The position numbers were made by a program, and so were the translations under genes. A DNA stretch of 38,964 nucleotides, from positions 53,662 to 92,625 of the forward strand of contig NW_014040350.1 in NCBI RefSeq assembly GCF_001186125.1, given 5' to 3'. A model generated the notes under the pieces. It made no database searches. It saw nothing but the letters and a program-made list of their open reading frames with translations, and was not told where the DNA came from. This stretch comes from Sphaeroforma arctica JP610. Lineage: Eukaryota. Position 1 is the stretch's first letter; every line of letters begins with the position of its first letter. This document shows positions 11,946-22,287 of this stretch, piece by piece.

Positions 11946-13015
11946 GGTTCTTATGGTCGCTGGATGACTTCTACCTAACCACGACTGGCCTGTTTGTGAT
12001 GGAGACCACCAACAACAACTACAACAACGCACTGACACACGCCATCACCCACAAGTCCGTGCCGTGTTGGATCAGAGGTACTGTGGCCAATCTCTTGGCT
12101 GAAGACCCTGAGGAGTGGTTTGAGATCTTTGGTATGTGAGTAAGTGATTGTGTGTGAGAGTGTGTGTGGTTGTATATATGTGTGTGCGAGTGATTGGTTA
12201 TATATATGTGTGTGAGAGTGTGTGGTTGTATATATGTGTGTGCGAGTGATTGGTTATATATGTGTGAGAGAGAGTGAGTGGTTGTATATGTGCGTGTGAG
12301 AGTGAGTGGTTGTATATATATATGTGTGGGTGTGAGTGGTTGTATATATGTGTGCGAGAGTGAGTGCTTGTATATATGTATGTGTGAGTGAGTGTCTGTA
12401 TATATGTATGTGTGAGTGAGTGTCTGAATGTTTTTATTTTTGGGTGAGTGTTTGTGTACTTTCTATACGTTGTAGAGCCATGTGGGGTGTATAGTGGTGT
12501 TTCGTAGTTATCCTATTTTGGGCGGAACTACATAGTTGCATGCAGTCCGTTCGAACTCCGCCATACAACTAGTACATATGCAGGTATCTATATTCGCCAT
12601 TATACCTATTGAACACTCCAACATGCCCATATAACGACACTGTTTACACAATATGTCAGTACCTCACACGTGCTTTGTTTTCACGCACCTGCTACAGGAA
12701 TCCACAACTCAGGCACGTACGACAGTCAGTGGATGGTACTCGATCTCAACCAGTTCACTGCGGGCCAAGACCTGCCGCCCAAGTCATTCTATGTCTTCGA
12801 GCAGTTGCCAGGCATCATCCGATACCAAGACATGACCCAGGTGTGTAGGGTATAGAAACGCGAATGGATAAGTATATGTGCGTGGTTTGGTATATTGGTA
12901 CTTGGACACAGGCGCCACACTTTTTCTTTTCTGCTCGTTCGCATGGTCTACAAGGAATTTGATATGCATCATGCCACTATGGTATGTAAGCAAACNNNNN
13001 NNNNNNNNNNNNNNN

Positions 13016-13065
<50 letters not shown>

Positions 13066-14050
13066 ATAATTATATACACATATCCATGTATTATAATATT
13101 GTGGATATGTGGGGATGTACATGTGTGCGTCTGTTCTCTCCCGTGAACGTATTGCATCAGCGCTGTACATTTGTTGGCACAGATGTCGGTGCTGTGTTTC
13201 TATAACAACACACCACGTTACACCACAGACACATTTATCAAGCCTATTGCAAGAAGCCTGTCGCTTCATTGAAAGGGTCTGTATCACAGCAACTCAACGA
13301 AGACGGCTATTGGGCCTCGTACAATGTACCGTACTTCCCCGAGATGTACGAGAAGAGCGGATGGAGTGCCAAGTACGAGAAGGGAGGCGATGAGTGGTCA
13401 CATGAGAAGTGCCCACGCGCAAACATCTTCAGACAGCAACAGTCGTCGGTGACGGATATGAGCTTTATGAAGCGCAGACTGCGGTACAACGACTACGAGA
13501 ACAATCTGTTGTCACTGGGCCAACGATACGTGTACGGTGATACTATGTTTCATCTTAGAACGCGGTGTTGCATTGGTTTGTCTTGTAACATGGGTGTTGC
13601 ACTGTGTTAGGGTTTGCAGGTTTTTGCATACTTCCGCTACGAATGCACGAGGCATTGCGTTGACGACACTCGACGGCACAATGAGCTGGAAGTTCGCCCA
13701 GTATCCTTCCGTCACTCCACTAACCCCGTAGCTCATCATATCCATAACCCTGATTAAGGAAATATCTATAACCTTGATGACGTAAATATACATCAGGCAA
13801 TGATGTCGCCAGGCGTTGGGATTTGGCCCAAGGGAATAGGTTCCAACTCGACGGAGCAATCGACGCGAAGGTCACGAACATCGCCATGGGACGGGATTTG
13901 AAATTCTGGACTGTCAACGGACCTACAAGCGACCAACAACCCGTGTTTACATGGAATGCCTATGAGAATATCACACACATGGGTCAGCCAGATGTCTTTG
14001 ATTTCGACTGGGTTGAGCTCCAGCCGTTTCCGAGGCAGGGAGCGGAGTAA
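11946..14050 (+). CDS. PLBD: Phospholipase B-like (PLBD, Ntn-hydrolase) gene, 3' half only
   Basis: Exons 11946-12131 (GFLWSLDDFY..METTN), 12698-12840 (NSGTYDSQWMVLD..EQLPG), 13290-~13536 (GYWASYNVPYF..PRANIFR..RYNDY; donor uncertain) and 13797-14050 (RWDL..GAIDAKVT..GPT..QPVFTW..HMGQPDVFDFDW, TAA). No upstream exons were found. Confidence 0.88.
12140..12430. repeat. Intronic minisatellite, ~26-32 bp units (gagtgtgtggttgtatatatgtgtgt)
   Basis: About 10 degenerate tandem copies directly after the PLBD donor site. Confidence 0.85.
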
Positions 14051-14163
14051 AGTGGGAAGGTACTATAGCTAGCATATATATATATATATATATATTGATG
14101 TTATCACGTATATATATGTGAGTATACATTCATATATTTATATGTATGATTGTATGTATATGT

Positions 14164-15160
14164 NNNNNNNNNNNNNNNNNNNNNNNNNNNNNNNNNNNNN
14201 NNNNNNNNNNNNNNNNNNNNNNNNNNNNNNNNNNNNNNNNNNNNNNNNNNNNNNNNNNNNNNNNNNNNNNNNNNNNNNNNNNNNNNNNNNNNNNNNNNNN
14301 NNNNNNNNNNNNNNNNNNNNNNNNNNNNNNNNNNNNNNNNNNNNNNNNNNNNNNNNNNNNNNNNNNNNNNNNNNNNNNNNNNNNNNNNNNNNNNNNNNNN
14401 NNNNNNNNNNNNNNNNNNNNNNNNNNNNNNNNNNNNNNNNNNNNNNNNNNNNNNNNNNNNNNNNNNNNNNNNNNNNNNNNNNNNNNNNNNNNNNNNNNNN
14501 NNNNNNNNNNNNNNNNNNNNNNNNNNNNNNNNNNNNNNNNNNNNNNNNNNNNNNNNNNNNNNNNNNNNNNNNNNNNNNNNNNNNNNNNNNNNNNNNNNNN
14601 NNNNNNNNNNNNNNNNNNNNNNNNNNNNNNNNNNNNNNNNNNNNNNNNNNNNNNNNNNNNNNNNNNNNNNNNNNNNNNNNNNNNNNNNNNNNNNNNNNNN
14701 NNNNNNNNNNNNNNNNNNNNNNNNNNNNNNNNNNNNNNNNNNNNNNNNNNNNNNNNNNNNNNNNNNNNNNNNNNNNNNNNNNNNNNNNNNNNNNNNNNNN
14801 NNNNNNNNNNNNNNNNNNNNNNNNNNNNNNNNNNNNNNNNNNNNNNNNNNNNNNNNNNNNNNNNNNNNNNNNNNNNNNNNNNNNNNNNNNNNNNNNNNNN
14901 NNNNNNNNNNNNNNNNNNNNNNNNNNNNNNNNNNNNNNNNNNNNNNNNNNNNNNNNNNNNNNNNNNNNNNNNNNNNNNNNNNNNNNNNNNNNNNNNNNNN
15001 NNNNNNNNNNNNNNNNNNNNNNNNNNNNNNNNNNNNNNNNNNNNNNNNNNNNNNNNNNNNNNNNNNNNNNNNNNNNNNNNNNNNNNNNNNNNNNNNNNNN
15101 NNNNNNNNNNNNNNNNNNNNNNNNNNNNNNNNNNNNNNNNNNNNNNNNNNNNNNNNNNNN
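14164..15160. other. Assembly gap (N run)
   Basis: 997 N; a smaller gap lies at 12996-13015. Confidence 0.99.
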
Positions 15161-16449
15161 ATATATCAGACAGAGGAAAATGAGGTGGAAGTTAGATATG
15201 GTGCAGATGTAAGGTGTATTTTTTACCTCACATGTATTTGTCTACTATTGGAATGCTTGCGCTGTCCATAGTATGAGCAAGACACGAGTAATTTAGAGTA
15301 TCTATATGCTATTTCAGGGCAAAATACTTGCTCCATTCGACATGTATTTTAATTTCTTATTGTTCACTAATAAGCAGCAAAAATTCAAATTATATTTTAT
15401 ATTTAGTAGAATCTACTATAGCCTACAGGTTTCACTAGAATCTTCTATAGAAATGTTTATAGCCTATTAGATTGATTGTTACAGTTGTTCAATTCTGCAA
15501 TGGAGGTGGTGGCTTGCATGTTTGTTGTCTTGTTTGACATGCAGTGGCCTATACTACCAGTCTACCAAACCCCTCAGTAACTAACACGCACAGAGCTTAC
15601 ATCGGCAGATAGCAACCAAGACATCTATGTGCACCTACTATATGATTGGTATCCTTTCAAGTTTTAGTACAGCCCTGCATGTTATGAGCTAGATTTCTCA
15701 AAGCAACAAATGTGTGTATTTACGTCTATACGCGATTTGAAATATTTGATACTATACGTGTCGTTTTTAGTATTATACAAAGCATAGTACATACGCATAT
15801 CTGAATCAATCTAAGTCTGGCTTTTCTTTCATGATTTGTAGGGATAAGAAGCACTGTATGGTCTATTTTGAGTATGGTCTATGTATATAGTTGGAAAAGG
15901 TGGACAATAATTGCAGTAGATAATAATCGAGGTTTGATTGTACTGTAGACTGTAGTTATATCAATATTTATAACATGTAATGATTTTTGATTCTGTCTTT
16001 TTTTTTTTTAAATGTAAAAATAAAAACAACCAAATAAAATCCGTAATTGTATAGAGTATTAGTGGTGTGCTTTTATTTAGACGAACAGAGTTCGAAGATC
16101 CGAATAAGTAAATATCCAAACAAAAAGACATGGATCTACCGATCTGTATTCTTGTTGCTGGATTTTTTATTTCCGTTTTTTCATTATTTCCTTTTGTTTC
16201 CTTTTTTTCTTCATATTTTTCGTAGATAGAAAAAGAATTTTGAGCTCCCAGGTGGATATTTTGATAAAACACGGCTGGGCCGCCGCAGGGACTGAAAGCT
16301 TATAGCTATAACTAATTTATTTGTTCATATTCGTACTGGGTCTCAAATGAGCAAGAAAAATCATTTAATTCCTTATTTGGTAAATTAGCGTCACGGACAT
16401 TTTTAGCGCTCAGGATTAAAACCTGCGTTCTCGTGTTTCACACGACATT

Positions 16450-16980
16450 TATCCAAGGCCAGCCAACACATACCGAATTCATCCGTGGTCTGGTGCGGCA
16501 TTGGCTTACCCCCATCCTCGCTTCTCGACCGGATTATGACGGATAACCTGGTCCTTCTCGGTATTTCGTACTCTGCACTAACCTATTCCGCGGCACTACA
16601 CGGCGCAGACCCGATCCGTACCACAGAGGTGGGTACTCTATTTAGTAGGTCAGCAAGCAAATATATGGAACATTCGATAGTAACAGTGTTTTGTCAACAC
16701 CGGCCCGAATTGACTCAGCACATATCTTCCATTGTCGACTCACTTGGCCCAAGCTTCAAACGGGAATTTATTGACCACTTCTTCCCATCAATCTTTCCTG
16801 AACCACTACAGCGACTATGAGAGCCATACCATATGTTCATACATTGTACCATACATACTTGCCATTTTTGAAATAAATAATATTATCCCTATCACACTCT
16901 TCCTAAATAGATAGAACACAGGCAACGACATCTACGCATCACCTATCACGACACGAATTACAGCGCTGGAAACGATTCAG
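16450..16980 (+). mobile_element. Possible non-LTR (LINE) ORF2 3' remnant
   Basis: C/A-rich open frame 16485-16820, followed past an in-frame stop by EPYHMFIHC, resembling the E..H+F..C half of the zf-RVT knuckle. No RT motifs seen. Confidence 0.25.
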
Positions 16981-17842
16981 TATGTTGCATTCGGAGTCCT
17001 CGAATGAGGAAGCAAAGGACACAACGACCAGTATTCTGATCATTCTGAAGTTTCACTGAAGCTTGAAACAAGAAGTGCAGCTATATTTACCAACTGTAAA
17101 TATCCGTCTCAGGGATAATAAATAATGTTATCCCTAAGGTGGTGCTAACATCTTAGAGTAATTAAAGTCTTAAAAGTCGACTTTAAAGTTCAATGACATC
17201 AAAGTAAATTAAACAAAAGTAGTACTTTATTAAAGTCAGGTATGCCTCGTGAAAACAGCATTACTCTGAAGGATTATGAGACGGAGACATTACCTATGTA
17301 GAATCCTCTCCGTACTGTTTCCGCCGAAAGAATTTTATTTTTCTTTTCGTTGTTCGCTAGTCGAAACTATCATTCTGTCTCGTTCGAATCTGATAGACTC
17401 TTAAAATCTTATCATTCGATAGAGATAATCAGTGAGTGGATATGCATTCACAACAGACCAATCCAATTAATGACGATATCGAAAGTGGATAACTAGCCAT
17501 GATACCTCGCTTTTGCTGTTGGAGCAAGAATACCAATAAATTCGGCTGTACTTCCATCACAGCTGAACACTGTGTCAGATTTTTCTACCACTGTAGAAAT
17601 ACGATCTCCGGTCAAAGTCTTAACTATCAAAATCAAATAAGATTTTAGTTACTGAGATTAGATACCATTTACGTTGGACGCATGATAATATATTTCACGC
17701 CTCGAAACACTTCTCCAATCAAACTAACCAGTTAAATATATCTAAGTCCAACTGAAGAAAGATACAAAATAAAATAAACGAACCACAAGGCTGGTGCAGT
17801 TGAATGTCTGTGTTGGTTCCGCCTATGATATTTCCAATACAG

Positions 17843-18236
17843 GCAAACCAGCACATACCGAGTGCATCCGTGGGGGAGTACCTTCGGTCTGTTCATGGAC
17901 CCCATCTTAAACACTGATCGTACCGACAACGTGCTGTACTACGATGCAACCCTCAAGGAAATCGTGTACGGTGCACCACTCAACGAGGCGACCGATGGAA
18001 CCTCGTGTAGTTCGTGCACACCGCTGGACGTCCTCAACAACCAGTGCGGCCACGGAGTTGAGATTGTGCCGTCGGCCAAGGTCGCATGCATCGGCGGCAA
18101 CTACGGAAACAGCGGATCGTCGTCATCGGATCTTTCAGCCTCGTATCTTTCTTCGGGCGCAGAGGTCGCCAAGGCCAACACAGTGCTCGGTGCAATTGCG
18201 TTGGTGCATGTGATGGCCGCCATGGCCATGTTCTAG
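17843..18236 (+). CDS. C-terminal fragment of a putative GPI-anchored, Cys-containing surface protein
   Basis: Open frame 17829-18236 with a possible acceptor tacAG at 17842; Ser-rich spacer, small-residue omega-like site (LSSG) and hydrophobic tail VLGAIALVHVMAAMAMF*; GC3-rich codons. Confidence 0.55.
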
Positions 18237-18285
18237 ATTTGGGTTTGGACGAGCTAGCTAGCAGAGGAGCAAAATCGAGGCCTTT

Positions 18286-19561
18286 TTGTTGAATATAAGT
18301 CGATTTCAAAAAAAACAAGTGTTAAACATTTTGAATAGAATAGATCCGATCTGGGTCATATTTTTACTTTGGATAAACATTACAGTAGTATTGTTGACTA
18401 GCAGTAACACTGTAGGCATGTACGTGCCACAAGGGGAGGGTGGCTACTCTGACAATGATCCCATCGTAGACGATTTCGACGACTTTGTGCCGCCAAGTTC
18501 AGGGCCATGGAATTCGGTGGCGGTGCAGAATCGTACGGTGACCGATACTATGCCTATGAGTGGACTGACAAAGGGGGACAAGCTGCACTACATTTGCCTG
18601 TACGCCGAGAACTGCTACAACGGAACTGACGTGACGTTTGATAAGCTCGACAAGGACTTTGAAAATCTGGAGCCGGGTTTAAATGCAATTGTGCGCCTGT
18701 ACTTTGTGGACAGTCCGGACTGGAACAAGACGCCCTCGTGGGCGACAACACTGGAGCGACCCCAACATGATGGAAATGGCATCGGAACTGTTTAAAAATA
18801 TGACTGCGCATTTGCGCGCCGAAAAAAGGTGCTGTCTGCTGCAGCTGGGGTTTGGGTTCTGGAGCGAGTTCCACGTGTCTAGAATTACCATGAATCCGGG
18901 CGTGAACATTCCCACCGCGGAGCAGATCGACACGCTGTTTAGTATTGTCAAGGCCCACCGAGGCACGCTGCAGGTCGCGGTGAGTGTTGGGGTCGGGGAT
19001 GACGAGCGCCAACTGAGCGACAGTTTCCGAGCGGACACGAACATTGGCATTTTCCACGACTCGTTCTTAAAGACCAGGAGGTCCGAGTCCGTGTGCGAAA
19101 CCAAGCTATACAATGGGTGCAACTACGACGAGCGCGTGTATACTATGAAGGGCGGTGAGTTCTCAATCGGCGAGGGTACACTGGACTCAATTATGGACAC
19201 GACGAAACAGCTGATGAAGAAGCGGGCGATGCACTACATTATGCCGAACAGGACTTCGGAAATCATGTCGTCTAGTAGTAGCAAGATCCAAGAACTTTCA
19301 GCGTACATGGGCTACCGTCTTAAGGTCGCGTCCGTAGACACGAGTAGCGATGGATACACGCGACTGGCGGTTACGAATGTTGGGATTGCGCCGACGCTGT
19401 ACGACCTCAATGCTGTGCACGAGAATGTCACGTTTGAGCCGGCCCTAGTCCGACTAAAGCAGGGGGCGAGCAGGTATGTGTATGGTAAGATTATTGTGGG
19501 TGACAATGCGTCGTTTGAGGCGGAGGGGTCAAGATATTTGGGGGACGTCAAGCTCTTATAA
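18286..19561 (+). pseudogene. Bacterial-type DUF4832-family protein (putative glycoside hydrolase-like TIM barrel plus beta-sandwich), frameshifted
   Basis: ORFs 18286-18795 and 18683-19561 are joined by a frameshift near 18750. Motifs in family order: TDTMPMSG, AIVRLYF, HWSDP, LQLGFGFWSEFH, GIFHDSF, GGEFS, MGYRL, VTNVGIAP. N-terminal hydrophobic segment; no introns. Confidence 0.7.
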
Positions 19562-19591
19562 CCTCAATAATCGAACCATGCAGTAAATGCT

Positions 19592-19714
19592 GTGGTTGAG
19601 CGATTACTGTTTTATCGTAAACGCGATTACTGTTATATCGTAAACGTGGTTGAGCGATTACGGTTTTATCGTAAACGTGATTACTGTTTTATGTTTTAGG
19701 GTTTAGGGTTTAGG
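19592..19714. repeat. 23-bp minisatellite (gcgattactgttttatcgtaaac, ~3.7 copies, 54-bp higher order) followed by (TTTAGGG)x~3
   Basis: Read directly from the sequence; telomere-like tract at 19695-19714. Confidence 0.9.
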
Positions 19715-20500
19715 TATCTTTATTTGTTTACACGCTATTGCTATATACAATGCCTTGTGTCCGAAGACCTGTGGCGGCCGGCAGGTGTCGCAGTTTGTGC
19801 CTTAATCCCTGTTTTCTCAGATAGAGGCTAACTGAACTATCTAATGGCTGAGTTGTTGCGCTGCGTTCAGTTTGCTATGTGGCTTGGTTTCTTTGGGTAT
19901 GTAGTTATATGGGTCGTTTTAGTAGTAGTTTGTAAATCCTAACTGGTTGGAAACAAGTGCTGAAAATATACTGTGACCGATTTGCATTTCGTATTACTGA
20001 ATATGAGAGAGAGACCAGTAGCGGCACTACTGTCTCGGACTCACTACTGCATCACCGGGTTGCGATTTGCAGCTGTGTCTGCCGGTAGGCGCTTAAGGCG
20101 GATATGTTCTAGGAGGTGGGCGTTTCATGGCAGGATGTTTGTGGATATAACTGCTATTCAGCTGCAAATCAATGCAGATCTGTCGTAGGCATATTTTCAG
20201 GTGGATCCAGACTGCTAGTGATATAGGAGAGAGTGATATCTATTGGGATGTTGTTTTCTAAATTCTGATCTATATCAAACAGGGGGTGAATGTGGTGGTT
20301 GGGTAGTATGCGTTTCCAATACTGTGGTGTGATTATGTACGCTGCTGCCTCTGGGTGAAGCGTATTGAAATCTATTTGCGGATTATCAATCCACAGTACT
20401 CTATTGGGTTGCTGGCAACGATCTATACGAGCCAGTGATGGCCATATAAATTCATTGCCTGGGTGTGCACCATTTACACGTAACGTATGAGCTGTAAACT
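19715..20500 (-). mobile_element. Decayed LINE (L1/Tx1-like) ORF2 3' end
   Basis: The minus strand is A/C-rich with a ~105-codon open frame (~20490-20170), then broken TNILP*NAHL and CSSESETVVPLL resembling zf-RVT; AATAAA at 19724-19719 just before CCTAAA repeats. Confidence 0.45.
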
Positions 20501-20569
20501 TCGATGGAAATTACTAGGTTTCAAACTATATTAATCTAAAATGCAGTTTAGTCAGTTAGGATTTAGCAG

Positions 20570-21162
20570 NNNNNNNNNNNNNNNNNNNNNNNNNNNNNNN
20601 NNNNNNNNNNNNNNNNNNNNNNNNNNNNNNNNNNNNNNNNNNNNNNNNNNNNNNNNNNNNNNNNNNNNNNNNNNNNNNNNNNNNNNNNNNNNNNNNNNNN
20701 NNNNNNNNNNNNNNNNNNNNNNNNNNNNNNNNNNNNNNNNNNNNNNNNNNNNNNNNNNNNNNNNNNNNNNNNNNNNNNNNNNNNNNNNNNNNNNNNNNNN
20801 NNNNNNNNNNNNNNNNNNNNNNNNNNNNNNNNNNNNNNNNNNNNNNNNNNNNNNNNNNNNNNNNNNNNNNNNNNNNNNNNNNNNNNNNNNNNNNNNNNNN
20901 NNNNNNNNNNNNNNNNNNNNNNNNNNNNNNNNNNNNNNNNNNNNNNNNNNNNNNNNNNNNNNNNNNNNNNNNNNNNNNNNNNNNNNNNNNNNNNNNNNNN
21001 NNNNNNNNNNNNNNNNNNNNNNNNNNNNNNNNNNNNNNNNNNNNNNNNNNNNNNNNNNNNNNNNNNNNNNNNNNNNNNNNNNNNNNNNNNNNNNNNNNNN
21101 NNNNNNNNNNNNNNNNNNNNNNNNNNNNNNNNNNNNNNNNNNNNNNNNNNNNNNNNNNNNNN
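20570..21162. other. Assembly gap (N run)
   Basis: 593 N. Confidence 0.99.
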
Positions 21163-21228
21163 AGGCCGTATTTCTACAGAACTACAGTAGTCATGAAACG
21201 CGGCACTGGAGACACTTTTTCTATGAGT

Positions 21229-21349
21229 AGTTAGGGTTATAGTTAGGGTTTGGGGACGTAGGGGGGTTATTGTTTCGCAGTAAGGGGGTTATTGTTTCGC
21301 AGTAAGGGGGTTATTGTTTCGCAGTAATGAGGTTATTGTTTCGCAGAAA
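21229..21349. repeat. Degenerate TTAGGG tract followed by 4 x 22-bp minisatellite (gggggttattgtttcgcagtaa)
   Basis: TTAGGG at 21231 and 21243; units start at 21262, 21284, 21306 and 21328. Confidence 0.9.
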
Positions 21350-21408
21350 GTTGCAAAAAGAAAAAACTCGAAAAGCGTTCGGGGTTACAGAAAGCCTTAT
21401 TGTTTAAC

Positions 21409-22287
21409 ATGTCCACAACAGTTTCTATTACAAATGAATACCGAGTGAAAATCAAAATCAATAACTCTTGGTTTGTTTACCTCGACACTACAGAGATCAT
21501 GATGTATCTCATGTCCTCTAAACGTAGACGTCAGACCACATATATCCAGTGGACCATGAACATTGGCGCAGCCTACTCCACAAGTGACGTTGCGAAGATC
21601 CGGGATATCGTAAAGCCCGTGCTTCAGGTGACTCTGGGGTCCAGAGGCATTTCAACGATTGATAGTGGCATCTACATGATATACATTGGTAAGGTCAGAG
21701 ACCTCAAGCACCTCTGTGTGACACTGCCAGCGAGCTGTTCTGATGACGACGCATCCACCGCCGAATGGACGAACATGGCGTCTCATTCAAAGATGCGGAT
21801 CTTAAATATGCCGTGTACATTGCGTCGTCACTCGGCAGCGACAAGATTTCCGATGAACAAGCACCGTGAGATTTTCTCCGTACCTGCCGCTATGGCAAAG
21901 TCCCTGCTTGACGAGATTGTCCAAACCTGTCGCCAGGTCTCGACTGGTGGACTCGTGGAGGAGCAGCGGCTGGCGGCTGAGTTGGAAAGAATTAAAGAAG
22001 GTATCATCGTGGACAACAAGTTGCATGAGAAGACGCGAGCCACGGAGGCCAAGGACGCCAGTCGGTTGGCCGATATGGCTGCGCGTGAAAACGAAAGTCT
22101 GCGTTCGGCCCTACGTGCTTCAGAAGAAGCACGTAAGGCTGCGGAGGATGTACGCTTAGACCTGAGCCAGAGACTCGCATCGTCACAAGAGCAGCTCTTT
22201 GAGCTTGCCATGCCGGCCCCGGAAACTGGACCAGAGACTGAGGATCAAAATTTGACTTCAAAAAATTGTTTCAAAAATCCCTTTTAG
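21409..22287 (+). CDS. Giant-virus-like Bro-N/T5orf172-type protein with C-terminal coiled coil, probably degenerate
   Basis: Intronless. VYLDTTEIMMYLMSSKRRRQTTYIQW resembles the Bro-N C-terminal helices (YL...G+..+L..S+......F..W); SGIYMIYIGKVRDL..SDDD resembles mimiviral CIYL..+G.VKDL..DDD; KHREIF is followed by an E/A/R-rich coiled coil. The last ~24 codons are satellite-derived. Confidence 0.55.
   Translation: MSTTVSITNEYRVKIKINNSWFVYLDTTEIMMYLMSSKRRRQTTYIQWTMNIGAAYSTSDVAKIRDIVKPVLQVTLGSRGISTIDSGIYMIYIGKVRDLKHLCVTLPASCSDDDASTAEWTNMASHSKMRILNMPCTLRRHSAATRFPMNKHREIFSVPAAMAKSLLDEIVQTCRQVSTGGLVEEQRLAAELERIKEGIIVDNKLHEKTRATEAKDASRLADMAARENESLRSALRASEEARKAAEDVRLDLSQRLASSQEQLFELAMPAPETGPETEDQNLTSKNCFKNPF

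Noticed and set aside
15170..15208. Isolated AG..GTAAG exon-like segment (TEENEVEVRYGAD)
   Set aside because: Too short, next to a gap, and without partner exons or recognisable homology.
14118..15271. Long ORFs across the N gap (also 20541-21230)
   Set aside because: They are open only because of Ns.
19695..19714. True telomere
   Set aside because: Only ~3 units, internal, with sequence continuing on both sides.
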